DNA from: an uncultured Actinomycetes bacterium
GTDB taxonomy: Bacteria > Actinomycetota > Thermoleophilia > UBA2241
Assembly (NCBI GenBank): GCA_963725665.1
Contig: CAVRZA010000002.1
Location: 384,001-448,000 of the forward strand
Reading direction: 5' to 3'
Length of the DNA stretch: 64,000 bases
This document shows positions 32,488 through 42,409 of the stretch, piece by piece; the first letter of the stretch is position 1, and each line of letters begins with the position of its first letter. Below the pieces are notes generated by a model. That model ran no database searches. It had not been told where the DNA came from and worked only from the letters and a program-made list of their open reading frames with translations. A program made the translations under genes and the position numbers.

Positions 32488-33644
32488 TGTCTCGACCGCG
32501 CATGCCGCAGCAGACCCCCCATTTCGAACAAGGCCCCATCAGGCCGCCGAGCGAAGCTCACAGCCTGCTTGTGCGCGTGACCCGAAACTGCGGCTGGAAT
32601 CACTGCGCCTTCTGTCCCGTCTACAAGGGGGCGAAGTTCTCGCTGCGTACGGCGGAGGAGATCGAGGCCGACGTCGACGCGATGGCCGCGGCCGCTCAGG
32701 TCATGAACGAGGTCGGGACGATGGAGGCGCTGCACCAGGGGCTCGTGCCCCAGGAGGCCTACCAGGTGGCGCTCTTTGAGCGCGCCGGCGGCCATACCGT
32801 GTTCTTGCAGGACGCCGACCCGATGGCTCTCAAGCCCGCCAAGCTGGCCGAGGTCATCGTCCGCGTCCGCGAGCGCTTCCCTGAGGTCGAGCGCGTGACC
32901 ACCTACGGCCGCGGAGCGACGCTGGCGCGGCGCGCCGCGGACCAGTTGCGACTCGTGCGCGAGGCCGGCCTCACGCGCGTGCACGTCGGCCTCGAATCGG
33001 GGTCGGACGAAGTGCTGAAACGTATGGACAAGGGCTGCACCGCGGACCAGTACGTCGAGGCCGGCCGTCGCGTGCTCGAGGCCGGCCTCGAGCTCTGCCT
33101 CTACGTGATGCCGGGGCTGGGCGGCCGCGGCGAGGCCGCGGCCGCTGAGCACGTGCGCGGCACGGCCGACGTCGTGCGCCAAGTGGCGGCCTACGCCAAC
33201 GCCGACAGCCCACTTGTGGTCCGCCTGCGGACGGCGGCCGTCGCGGGCGGCACGCCGCTGGCGGATGCCGCCCGCGACGGCCGCTTCACGCTCCCCGACG
33301 ACCTCGAGATCGTTCGCGAGCTGCACGACCTGCTCGTGGCTCTCGGTGACGCGCAGTTGCGCCTCGTCTCGGACCACGCCCTAAACCTTCTGCCCGAGAT
33401 CGAGGGCGTACTGCCGGCCGACCGGGATCGGCTACTGGCCGTCGTCGACGAGTTCCTCGCCATGCCGCCGCGTGAGCGGGCTGAGTTCGTCCTCGGTCGA
33501 AGGCTCGGCATCTACTACTCGCTCGCGTCGCGGCGCGACGCGCAGCGACGCGCCTTGTTCGAGTCGAGCCTCCCGCACGGACGCTCGCTCAGCGAGCGCG
33601 AGATGCTCGACACCGCCGTCGCGCTGCGTTCGCGCTACATCTGA
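32487..33644 (+). CDS. Radical SAM protein
   Basis: PIRPPSEAHSLL...CGWNHCAFC, FLQDAD, GLESGSD, SDHALN. Confidence 0.88.
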   Translation: MSRPRMPQQTPHFEQGPIRPPSEAHSLLVRVTRNCGWNHCAFCPVYKGAKFSLRTAEEIEADVDAMAAAAQVMNEVGTMEALHQGLVPQEAYQVALFERAGGHTVFLQDADPMALKPAKLAEVIVRVRERFPEVERVTTYGRGATLARRAADQLRLVREAGLTRVHVGLESGSDEVLKRMDKGCTADQYVEAGRRVLEAGLELCLYVMPGLGGRGEAAAAEHVRGTADVVRQVAAYANADSPLVVRLRTAAVAGGTPLADAARDGRFTLPDDLEIVRELHDLLVALGDAQLRLVSDHALNLLPEIEGVLPADRDRLLAVVDEFLAMPPRERAEFVLGRRLGIYYSLASRRDAQRRALFESSLPHGRSLSEREMLDTAVALRSRYI

Positions 33645-33693
33645 CGTGACGGGCGCTCGGGTGAGGCGGCTGACGCCGGACTCGCCGGAGGAT

Positions 33694-34119
33694 CTACACC
33701 CCGACCGAGAGGACCACACCCGCGCAGGCAGCCACGATGGCCAGCTGCAGCGGTATGCCCAGCGCCGGTCCGCAGCGCCCGTGGGGGAAGCGCCGCCAGT
33801 GGCTGGGGAAGACGTGCCGACTCTCGCGTCCCCACATGGCACTGCCCACGACGTCGAAGTCGGGTGCGGCGGAGATTGGCCCCATGACGACTACGGCGAG
33901 CGGCATCCCCCAAACGAGGAGGGCGATCACAGTCGCCAGGGCGGCGAGGACGTCCACCGAGCCCCACAGCAAGCGCTCGCGGCCGGCGATGTAGTCCCAA
34001 TGCGGCACGAGGTCGAGGAGCACGTGCGAGGCGAGCACGACGAGCATCATCTGCCAGAAGGGCAGGTGCAAGAGCGAGGCGAGAGCGAGCCCGACGTACG
34101 TGTGGACGATGACCCACAC
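33694..34119 (-). CDS. Small membrane protein, metal-dependent hydrolase-like
   Basis: H...G, SHVLLDLVPHWD, PDFD, SH...PH motifs with TM helices. Confidence 0.6.
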   Translation of the reverse strand: MWVIVHTYVGLALASLLHLPFWQMMLVVLASHVLLDLVPHWDYIAGRERLLWGSVDVLAALATVIALLVWGMPLAVVVMGPISAAPDFDVVGSAMWGRESRHVFPSHWRRFPHGRCGPALGIPLQLAIVAACAGVVLSVGV

Positions 34120-34157
34120 GGGCCGCTAGCGCAGTGCCCCTCGAGGCTTCACCGCTG

Positions 34158-34688
34158 CTAGAGCGCGGCGAGCTGCCAGTCGAGGTTGAGCGTGTCGCAG
34201 AGCTGGGCGAGCGCCGCGCGCAGCGCGCCTATCGGCGTCGCGCGCGGCACAGAGATGACGAGCTCCATGGAGAACACGGGCGCTCCGGTGATCGGCGCCT
34301 CGGCGAGGGTGGTCTGTGCGCTCTCGATGTTCACGCCCAGCTCGGCCAGCAAATGGGCGAGCGGCTGCACGAGCCCGGGCTGGTCGATGGCCGAGGCCGA
34401 GAGCCGGTAGGGAAGCGCCTCGGCCGCGCCGGCGCGCGCCTCGAAGTCGGCCGGGTGCAGCTCGGCGTGGAGCGGACTCTCGCGGTTGAGGATGCCCAGC
34501 CCGTCCTGCAGACGCCCCATGGTCGTGTCGTCGCCGGCGACGAGCATCATGATGGTGAACTGGCCGTGCAGGTTCACCATGCGACTGTCTTCGATGTTGC
34601 CGCCGCGCTCGAAGACGTAGCGGGACACCTCGTCGACGAGTCCCGGGCGGTCGTCACCGATGGTCGTGAGCACCACGTGCCGCGTCAT
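34158..34688 (-). CDS. Double ACT-domain GcvR-like protein
   Basis: GDDRPGLV..GGNIEDSRM and DQPGLV..GVNIES. Confidence 0.85.
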   Translation of the reverse strand: MTRHVVLTTIGDDRPGLVDEVSRYVFERGGNIEDSRMVNLHGQFTIMMLVAGDDTTMGRLQDGLGILNRESPLHAELHPADFEARAGAAEALPYRLSASAIDQPGLVQPLAHLLAELGVNIESAQTTLAEAPITGAPVFSMELVISVPRATPIGALRAALAQLCDTLNLDWQLAAL

Positions 34689-34754
34689 GGCGGCAAGACT
34701 AGTCTCTTGCCGGCGGCCTGGCAAAGAGTGGCGCAGTCACCGCCCCCTGCTTCG

Positions 34755-35799
34755 TCAGGCGCGCTCGACCGACGACTCCCCTAGGCCCGACGCGTCCCCT
34801 GGGCCCGGCGAGACCGGCTCGGCGTCGACATCCTCGTCGCGCAGCCAGGTGGCCTGGCGACGCGGCCGCTCGTCGACCGTCAGCCGGAAGACGTCGGGAC
34901 GGTTGTAGTGCCCGGCCGCGTCGAGAGCCATCTGCTCTTCGCCGATACGCGCCAGGTCGGCCTCTGCATAGACGATCATCTCTCTACCGACTTCCGGTCC
35001 GGCAAGCCACGAGGCGTCGGGTGCGATGATGCCCGAGCCCCCGGGTATGAGCACGCCTTCGTCCTGGCCGAAGTCGCCGTTGGCTCCCATGGCTTCGGAC
35101 ACCTCGAAGTCGTCCGGCAGGTCCTTCGCCGTCAGGTACGTGCTTGCGCAGATCACGAAGCAGCGCCCCTCGAAGGCGTAGTGGCGGCTGGCCAGGTGGT
35201 GGATCTCGGGCGCCTCGGGCCACGCCGCGACGTGGATCTGCTCCGCCTTGGCGTGCATGGCGAACCTCGCCAGCGGCATCCAGTGCTCCCAACACACCAG
35301 GCCGCCGAGACGGCCGTGCGGCGTGTCGAAGACGTGCAGCGTGCTCCCGTCGCCGGCTCCCCAGACGATGCGCTCGGCGTGCGTGGGGATGAGCTTGCGA
35401 TGCACCCCCAGGATCTCGCCCTCGCGCGAGATGAAGAGGAGGGAGTTGTAGAGGGTGCCCCGCGAGTAGCGGCCGTCGCGCTCGTTGATGCCCACGACCA
35501 CCGTCACCTTGTGCTGACGGGCCGCCTTGCAGAGCGCGTCGGTCGCCGGTCCGGGCACGGTGACGGCGTTGCGCTGCAGACCGCGCGAAGGCGCGTTTCG
35601 GCGCCGCCTCGTCCCAGCCGGCGGCGCCGAAGATCCACGCCGGGTAGCCGGGGATCCACGTCTCAGGGAAGGCGATGATGTCGGCTCCGCCTCTGGCTGC
35701 CTCGTCGATCAGGACGGCCGCCTTGGCGACGGTCTCATCGAGCCTCGCGAACGCCGGCGCCGCCTGCACCGCGGCCAGCACCGGCTTCGTCGACTGCAT
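34755..35799 (-). CDS. Carbon-nitrogen hydrolase (nitrilase), apparent +1 frameshift at ~35580
   Basis: AAVQAAP, FPETWIPGYP in one frame; HRKLIPT, VCWEHWMPL, GHYNRPD in the next. Confidence 0.88.
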
Positions 35800-36007
35800 C
35801 GCGCCCAACGTCTCCTCCTTCGCTCGACGGCCATCCCTGCGGGTTCTCGCCATTCTACGTGGCCGCGGTCCGCAGCGCCCTTTGCGAAGATCCGCTGCGA
35901 CGGTCCGCAGCGCCGCCTTCGCCCAGTCCCGCCGCGACGGCGGGAGCGGGTCGGGATCCGCTTGTCCTTGCCTCTGGGAAGCTGTCCCCGGGTGCTAGCA
36001 TCCGCCC

Positions 36008-36550
36008 ATGACCGCAGCCGGACAGACGGGTGCTCGACTCGAGCTGCGCGAGTGTGCGGCGACCGACGTCGGCGGCGTGCTCTCCGTGATCGGCGCCGCG
36101 TCGGTCGCCTACCGCGGCGTGATCCCCGCCGATCGCTACCACGAGCCCTACATGCGGCCGGACGAGCTGCGGCACGAGATCGACGCCGGTGTGCGCTTCT
36201 GGGGCTGCTTCGCGGGCGATGAGCTCGTCGGCGTCATGGGCATCCAGGACGTCGACGACGTGACCCTCATCCGGCATGCCTACGTTCTGCCGGCGTGGCA
36301 GCGCCGCGGGGTCGGCAGCCGCCTTATCGCGCACATGACGGGTCTCGGCGGCAAGCCGCTTCTCGTGGGCACGTGGGCCGCGGCGGAGTGGGCCATCCAC
36401 TTCTACGAGCGACACGGCTTCGCTCTGGTCTCGCAGGAGGAGAAAGACAGGCTCCTGCGCCGCTACTGGGAGATCCCCGAGCGTCAGGTCGAGACCTCGG
36501 TCGTGCTGATCAGGCAGATCCCTGAAGGGATCCGGCGCTCGAGCAGCTAG
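36008..36550 (+). CDS. GNAT acetyltransferase
   Basis: YVLPAWQRRGVGSRL, AIHFYERHGF. Confidence 0.88.
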   Translation: MTAAGQTGARLELRECAATDVGGVLSVIGAASVAYRGVIPADRYHEPYMRPDELRHEIDAGVRFWGCFAGDELVGVMGIQDVDDVTLIRHAYVLPAWQRRGVGSRLIAHMTGLGGKPLLVGTWAAAEWAIHFYERHGFALVSQEEKDRLLRRYWEIPERQVETSVVLIRQIPEGIRRSSS

Positions 36551-36963
36551 GCGGGCACTCCTGCGGCCGCCAGCAGCTCGCCGATGTCGGCCTCAGCAGC
36601 GCCGTGCAGCTCCTCGTGCACGCGCGCGAAGAACTGCTCCGCCGTGATGCGCAGGATCGCCTCGTTGACCCGGCGCGGCCTCACGGTGCGCTTCTTCTGA
36701 TCGAGGACGGGCATCGGGTCGCTCTCCCAGCGCGGCCGGGTGTCGGCCGCGGCGGCGCTCGACCAGTCGTTCGGGATGACCCGCAGGACGAAGCGGCGCT
36801 CGGCGACGACGGGGTGGAACGACGTCGGTCGCTCCGTGTCCTCGAGCTGGAACATCAGGCCGTCGTGGAAGAGATTGCGCCTGCCGATCGCCGCGGCGGC
36901 GCGGCACACAGCCTCGTGACCGTCGTAACGCCCTGCGTGATCGGAGAACGTCCAGCGTCCCAT
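36547..36963 (-). CDS. Hypothetical protein
   Basis: ATG at 36963 in ORF 36547..37305; coding-like composition over this part only. Confidence 0.5.
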   Translation of the reverse strand: MGRWTFSDHAGRYDGHEAVCRAAAAIGRRNLFHDGLMFQLEDTERPTSFHPVVAERRFVLRVIPNDWSSAAAADTRPRWESDPMPVLDQKKRTVRPRRVNEAILRITAEQFFARVHEELHGAAEADIGELLAAAGVPA

Positions 36964-37227
36964 GTCTGCCTTGACCCCCCACGTTCGGGAACACCGCATC
37001 ACCATCAGTGTCGGCAGGGGGGTGTTCGGAACTTGAAAAACGAGCCAGCGAGCGGGTAGGGGGTTTCTAGGAGGATGACGCAGCCACCGCTCTCCCCTTG
37101 GCCAGGCACGCTCGCCGCGAGGACGTGTGGCCTGGGAGATGCGGTCAGTCCCGGCTCTCCTCTTCCTGATGCGTGTAGGGCTCATCCGGGAACAGTCCGT
37201 AGTGCCACCGACGAAGGAGGTGAGGTC

Positions 37228-37522
37228 ATGGTGGCGGTGAGTCCGGAGAACCTTGTCGGCCAAGCGGTCTACGCGCGCGATGCCCACCATTGTGGGCAGG
37301 GCCAAGGAGCTGGTCTACGAGGGAGAATACGTTGTCGTTCGGCGATCGCTGCTGTCGAAGCTCGTCGTGCCAGTCAGGGTGATTGAAAGCTCAGGCGACC
37401 GACTGAAGGTGCCGTACAGCTTGTCGTACCTTGACGACGCTCCGAAGGTCGACCCCAAGCACCCGATGTCTGAGGAGGACAGGGGCCGGCTCGATCGCTT
37501 CTACATGCCGCACGCGGCGTAG
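37228..37522 (+). CDS. PRC-barrel protein, apparent +1 frameshift at ~37285
   Basis: AAGGAGG RBS; MVAVSPENLVGQAVYARDA joins TIVGRAKELV...VPY...DAPKVD...RLDRFY if one C is removed. Confidence 0.7.
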
Positions 37523-37691
37523 CAGTTGCGCCCCCGTCACTCGGCGGGGGCGCGCCTTCGCGCATCTCCCCACCGCAGCCGAGGGTGTGCTGCCAACGTG
37601 AGGGGACTCGTTCGCTTCATGCTAACCGCGGTAGGGGCTGATACCGTAGTGGGCGGCCCGGATCACGAGGGTCAGGAACCTTGCTGCAAGG

Positions 37692-37781
37692 TGGCGGAGG
37701 GGGTGGGATTCGAACCCACGGTACCCTTGCGGGTACACCGGTTTTCAAGACCGGGGCAATCAACCGCTCTGCCACCCCTCC
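37692..37781 (-). tRNA. tRNA-Ser(TGA)
   Basis: CCGGT-CT TGA AA-ACCGG, variable arm, CCA. Confidence 0.96.
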
Positions 37782-37820
37782 GCGGGGCCTGCGGTGGTCC
37801 TTGCCGCAGTCGCGTCCTCG

Positions 37821-39084
37821 CTACCTGGCCGGACCGATCGTGTCCTTGCCCATGATACGCCTTGAGCGCCGACGGCACCTCCACGGTGCCGTCGGCGCGC
37901 TGGTAGTTCTCCATCACGGCGGCGATGGTGCGGCCGACCGCGACGGCGGTGCCGTTGAGCGTGTGCACGGGGCGCGGCCCCTTCTCGGTGCGGTAGCGGC
38001 ACTTGAGGCGGCGCGCCTGGTAGTCGGTGCAGTTCGAGCAGCTCGTGATCTCGCGGTAGCGCGCCTGCACGGGGAACCACGCCTCGAGGTCGTACTTCTT
38101 CGCCGCCGAGGCGCCGAGGTCGCCGGCGGCGATGTTCACCACGCGGTAGGGGATGCCGAGGCCGCGGAAGATCTCCTCCTCGGTCTCGAGGATGAGCTCG
38201 TGCTCGGCCGGCGACTGCTCGGGCAGGCAGAAGACGAACATCTCGAGCTTGTCGAACTGGTGCACGCGGAAGATGCCGCGCGTGTCCTTGCCGGCGGCGC
38301 CGGCTTCGCGGCGAAAGCAGGTGGAGAAGCCGGTGTAGCGCAACGGCAGCTCGTCGCCCTCGAGGAACTCGTCCATGTGCAGACCCGCCAGCGGCACCTC
38401 GGAGGTGCCGACGAGGCAGTCGCCGTCGGTCGTCTCGTAGATCTGTGCCCGGTCGGTGGGGAAGAACCCCGTGCCGTACATGGCTTCCTCGCGCACCAGC
38501 ACCGGCGGGACGACCGGCAGGAAGCCCTTGGCTTCGACGATGTCGAGGGCGTAGCGCACGAGGGCGAACTCGAGCCGCGGCAGGTCGCCGAGTAGGTAGG
38601 CGAAGCGCGAGCCGCTCACCTTCGCCGCGCGCTCCATGTCGATGACGCCGAGCGCTGTGCCCAGGTCGAGGTGGTCCTTGGGCTCGAAGTCGAACTGCCG
38701 CGGCTCGCCCTCGTGGCGCAGCGTCACGGAGTCCTCCTCGCCGCCGGCCGGCACGTCGGGGAGCGGGATGTTGGGGATCTCGAGCAGCATCTCCTGGAGA
38801 TGCTGCTCGACGTCGGCCAACTCCCGCTCGAAGGTCTTGATCTCATCGCCGAGCGCGCGCATGGCGGCGATCTGCTCCTCAGCCGCGCGCCCCTCGCGCT
38901 TCGCCCGTGCGATCTGCTCCGTCACCTCGTTGCGCCGCGCGCGGCGCTGCTCCGCCTCGGTGACCAGGCGGCGGCGCCGCTCCTCGACGACGAGGAACTC
39001 GTCGAGCGAGGACGTGCTGCCCCGCCGCTCGAGGGCCCGGCGGACCTCGTCGGGGTTGGCGCGCAGCAGCTTGACGTCGAGCAT
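37821..39084 (-). CDS. serS: Serine--tRNA ligase (apparent +1 frameshift at ~37854 in the last codons)
   Basis: MLD, GTSEVPL, FRREAG, RVHQFDK, SCSNCTDYQARR, HTLNGTA; corrected end AYMGKDTIGPAR*. Confidence 0.95.
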
Positions 39085-39237
39085 CGTCGCACCTCACGGC
39101 GTGTCGGAAACATGAATTCATCATGCTACCACTGGGAGGAGTGAGTGAAGCCACGGGCTCGGAGCGGAGTGCGCCCGGCAGTGCGCCAGCCTGCCGCTAA
39201 GGTCGTAGCGCGAGGCCTGGGGGAGCGGGGGAGCCGC

Positions 39238-40161
39238 CTACGGGGAGAGGACGAGCCGGCCGGTCGCGCGCATGTAGTGGGCCCAGTAGCCTTGCAGGTC
39301 ACCGTAGCGGTCGGCGAGTCGCTGCAGCTCTTCGGGCGTCACCGGCTGCCCGGCGCCGTAGATCTGCCCCGCGATGCGCATGAGCGACTTATCGCCGTAG
39401 GGGATGCGCTCCATCCGTCCCAAGCTGCGGATCATGATGAGCGCCGCCGACCAGTCGCCTACCCCGGGGATGCTGCAGAGCCAGCGGAACACCTCGTCGT
39501 AGGCTCCCTCGCGGAGGAACGTGTCGTCCACTTCGCTGAAAGCGACGGCAGCGCCGCGCACGTACTCGGCGCGGCGACTGTTGCGCAGCAGACGAGTGAG
39601 GTCCTCGAGGCTTGCTTGCACGACCGCTTTCGCGCCCGGGAAGGGCCAGTACTGCATGCTGGCGACCTCGACGCCGGCCGAGAACTCCTTGATGAGCACG
39701 CGCTTCATCCGTTGCGCGATCGGCAGCAGGTTGCGCTGCGAGAGGATGGTCCAGCACGTGTTCTCGAACGGGGTGAGGAACTTGACCTGGTGGTAGCCGT
39801 ACAGCTCGCGCTTGACGGCGACGAACGGCGGGTCGGAGTCGATCAGGTCGTAGAGGGGATGCAGGTCGTCGTCTAGGCTGAGGTACACCGTGATGCGCCG
39901 CAGAAGCGCGGCCACGTCGGCTTCGCTCAAGGCGTCGTTGGCGTAGAACTCGTAGTGCAGCTCGGGTTCCTCGACCGTGCCCGTCGCGCGGAGCTTGAAG
40001 GCGACCGGAGTCTGACTGGCCCACGCGGCGCGCGTGAGCGTCGTCTCTGAAACGAGTTGCTCGCCGTGCATGGGGGGGAACGTCTGGATGAAGTCGAGCG
40101 ACTGGTCGAAGTCGAACGGGGCGACCGGTCGTAGGGTGCCTTCGCGCTCAACTCGGGCCAC
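39238..40161 (-). CDS. alkA: DNA-3-methyladenine glycosylase (AlkA/HhH-GPD)
   Basis: PFE...TILSQ, FP, LCSIPGVGDWSA HhH, PYGD. Confidence 0.85.
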   Translation of the reverse strand: MARVEREGTLRPVAPFDFDQSLDFIQTFPPMHGEQLVSETTLTRAAWASQTPVAFKLRATGTVEEPELHYEFYANDALSEADVAALLRRITVYLSLDDDLHPLYDLIDSDPPFVAVKRELYGYHQVKFLTPFENTCWTILSQRNLLPIAQRMKRVLIKEFSAGVEVASMQYWPFPGAKAVVQASLEDLTRLLRNSRRAEYVRGAAVAFSEVDDTFLREGAYDEVFRWLCSIPGVGDWSAALIMIRSLGRMERIPYGDKSLMRIAGQIYGAGQPVTPEELQRLADRYGDLQGYWAHYMRATGRLVLSP

Positions 40162-40243
40162 GTGTCACCTCGCGTCGTTCTGGCCGCCTCCTACCCGGAG
40201 GCGGTCCGTTCCAAGCGCCCCGCCCGGCACCTGCTGGTGACGC

Positions 40244-40705
40244 TCAAGGCTCGGGCAGGCGCTTCTCCATGACGATTAGCTCGGGGCGGTCCGACTCGGG
40301 CACGCCCGAGAAGTCGTGGCGGCGGTACAGGTGCTGCGAGGCCTCGTCGCCGACGGGGACGAAGGCCTCGAGACGTCGCGCCCCGCGGTTGAAGGCCAAT
40401 CCCTCGACCCAATCCAGCAGCTGGTGCGCGACGGCCTGCGCCTCGCGCGCGGGGCTCACGCAGAGGCAGCGGACGACGAGGTCGCCGGCGTCGTCTTCGA
40501 CGGCCACGTAGCCGGCGACCTCGTCGTCGGCTTCGGCGATGAAGACCTCGGCGTCGCGCAGCAGATGCAGCAGCTCGTCGGGGTGATAGCGCTCGGGGTG
40601 GCCCGATTGCCAGGCGAGGGGGCGAAGGTTCTGTTCGGCGAGCAGGTACAGGACGCTCTCCTCGCCGGGGCGCATGAGCCTGATCTCGCACTGCAGACGT
40701 TCCAT
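40244..40705 (-). CDS. GNAT acetyltransferase
   Basis: VAGYV, LCVSPARE.Q.VA..LL, LYRRHDF. Confidence 0.75.
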   Translation of the reverse strand: MERLQCEIRLMRPGEESVLYLLAEQNLRPLAWQSGHPERYHPDELLHLLRDAEVFIAEADDEVAGYVAVEDDAGDLVVRCLCVSPAREAQAVAHQLLDWVEGLAFNRGARRLEAFVPVGDEASQHLYRRHDFSGVPESDRPELIVMEKRLPEP

Positions 40706-40736
40706 GCTGACGGCCTCCCCCTGGGCTACAGCTTGA

Positions 40737-41590
40737 TTATCTCACGCGGGGTAGGAGCCCAACACCTTCACCCAGGGCAGCTTGCAGACGAGGCAGTTCA
40801 GCGCCTGGGCGATGGGCTCGTCGTCCCTGCGTCCCTCCATGTCGATGAAGAAGATGTAATCGCCGAGCCCCTGCTTGGAGGGGCGCGACTCGATCTTGGT
40901 CAGGTTTACGTAGCGATGCGCGAACTCCTGCAGGATGAGGAGGAGGCTCCCCGGCTGGTCCTGGGCGATGCCGCAGACGATGCTCGTCTTGTAGCGCGCG
41001 TCGAGATCCTGGGGCGCATCCTCGCGCGCCAGGTAGACGAAGCGCGTGCGGTTGTCGACCGACGTCGTCGATGTCGTCGCCGATCACTGCGCACTCGTAC
41101 ATGTCGGCCGCGAGCCTCGTTCCGATGGCCACCCAGGGCCTCTTGACGCGGCTCACGCGGCGCACTGCCTCGGCCGTCGAGTCGGCGGCCTCGTGCTCGA
41201 CGTTGTCCAGGTGCTCGCGGATGAAGCCACGGCACTGTCCGTAGGCGTGTGGGATGGCTGATGACCTTGGTGACGGGTGCAGGTCGAGCGGCTCGCGGGC
41301 GATGAGCTGCTGGTGGACCGGGTGGACGATCTCACGCACGATGCGCAGCTCGTCGAAGCCCGAACGCCAGCTGTCGAGCGTGATCGACCACCGAGCCCTC
41401 GATGGAGTTCTCGATGGGCACGAGACCGAGCTTGGCGTCGCCTCGCGGCCACGGCCTGAGCACGTCGTCGGATCGACGGGTAGGGGAAGGGGTGGCAGTC
41501 GCCGCGGTCGGGCATGGTCTCGAGAAGGGTCTCCTCGGTGAAGGTGCCCTCGGGCCCCAGGAACGCGACCGTGTCGGTCGAGCCGCTCAC
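40737..41590 (-). CDS. pheA: Prephenate dehydratase with multiple frameshifts (error or pseudogene)
   Basis: AFLGPEGTFTE, PIENSIEG, QCRGF, DSTAEA, NRTRF and NLTKIESRP fall in different frames. Confidence 0.85.
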
Positions 41591-41851
41591 GGGGAGACCC
41601 GGCTCCCGAGGGCCTGTGTCTCAGCCCGCGTCTCGGCCCGAGGGTCAAAGCCTGCCGCTCGTTCGTTCACACGCTGGGTCATACACAGAACGCTATCAGA
41701 AGCCGCCGCGATGCCGTAAGTCATGCGCGGCGGCTCACGTCGCGAGGACAGGTTGGAACACGTCGATTCGGCGCCTTCAGGGACCCCGACGTCGCCCTCT
41801 GCGCTCGTCACGCCACCGAAAACGCCGCCGTGAGCAAGCGGAGGCGGCCGA

Positions 41852-42394
41852 TCAGGCGTCCGCGTCGCTTGCTGGCGGCAGACGACGGTCGTCGCGGTCG
41901 GCAGCTTCGCCGGGAGACGCCTGCTCGACGGCGGCGACCTCCTCGGGTGAGAGGGCGCGGTCGGGCACTCCCTGGCGCAGCTCCTTGACGTAGAGGCGAG
42001 CCTCGTCGCGCGAGGTGATGGTGCTGATCACGATGCCGGAGCGGTCGCGGTCGAGCAGGGCAAGCGAGGCGCTTTGCTCTCCGCCGCTCTCGCGGAAGGC
42101 GTCGTAGCGCAGCAGCGCGCGGTAGGTGAAGGACTTGTCGAGCTCACGCTTGTGAGCGTCGATGCGTCCCTCGAGCGCCTCGACGGCGTCGCGCAGGTTG
42201 CGCACCTGATCTTCGAGGCCCTCGGCGTGTGAGACGAGGTCGCGCTCGCCGTGTCCACCCAGGACCACCTGCTGCGCCCGGCGCAGCCGGCGCACGCTGA
42301 CGAGAAGAGCGATCAGAAGGGCGGCGACGATGATCGCGGCCACGGCCGCGCCGAGGGCGAGGTAGGGGGAGATGTCGCGCAAGGTCTGTTCCAC
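41852..42394 (-). CDS. DUF4446 family protein
   Basis: N-terminal TM, RYDAF...GGEQSASLALLD...G, R.Y.K, LSPEE. Confidence 0.85.
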   Translation of the reverse strand: MEQTLRDISPYLALGAAVAAIIVAALLIALLVSVRRLRRAQQVVLGGHGERDLVSHAEGLEDQVRNLRDAVEALEGRIDAHKRELDKSFTYRALLRYDAFRESGGEQSASLALLDRDRSGIVISTITSRDEARLYVKELRQGVPDRALSPEEVAAVEQASPGEAADRDDRRLPPASDADA

Positions 42395-42409
42395 GAGAAG
42401 GGTGAGGCT

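Noticed and set aside
37672-37820. SerS C-terminal extension overlapping tRNA-Ser
   Set aside because: Explained by a 1-bp insertion near 37854; the corrected frame stops at 37821
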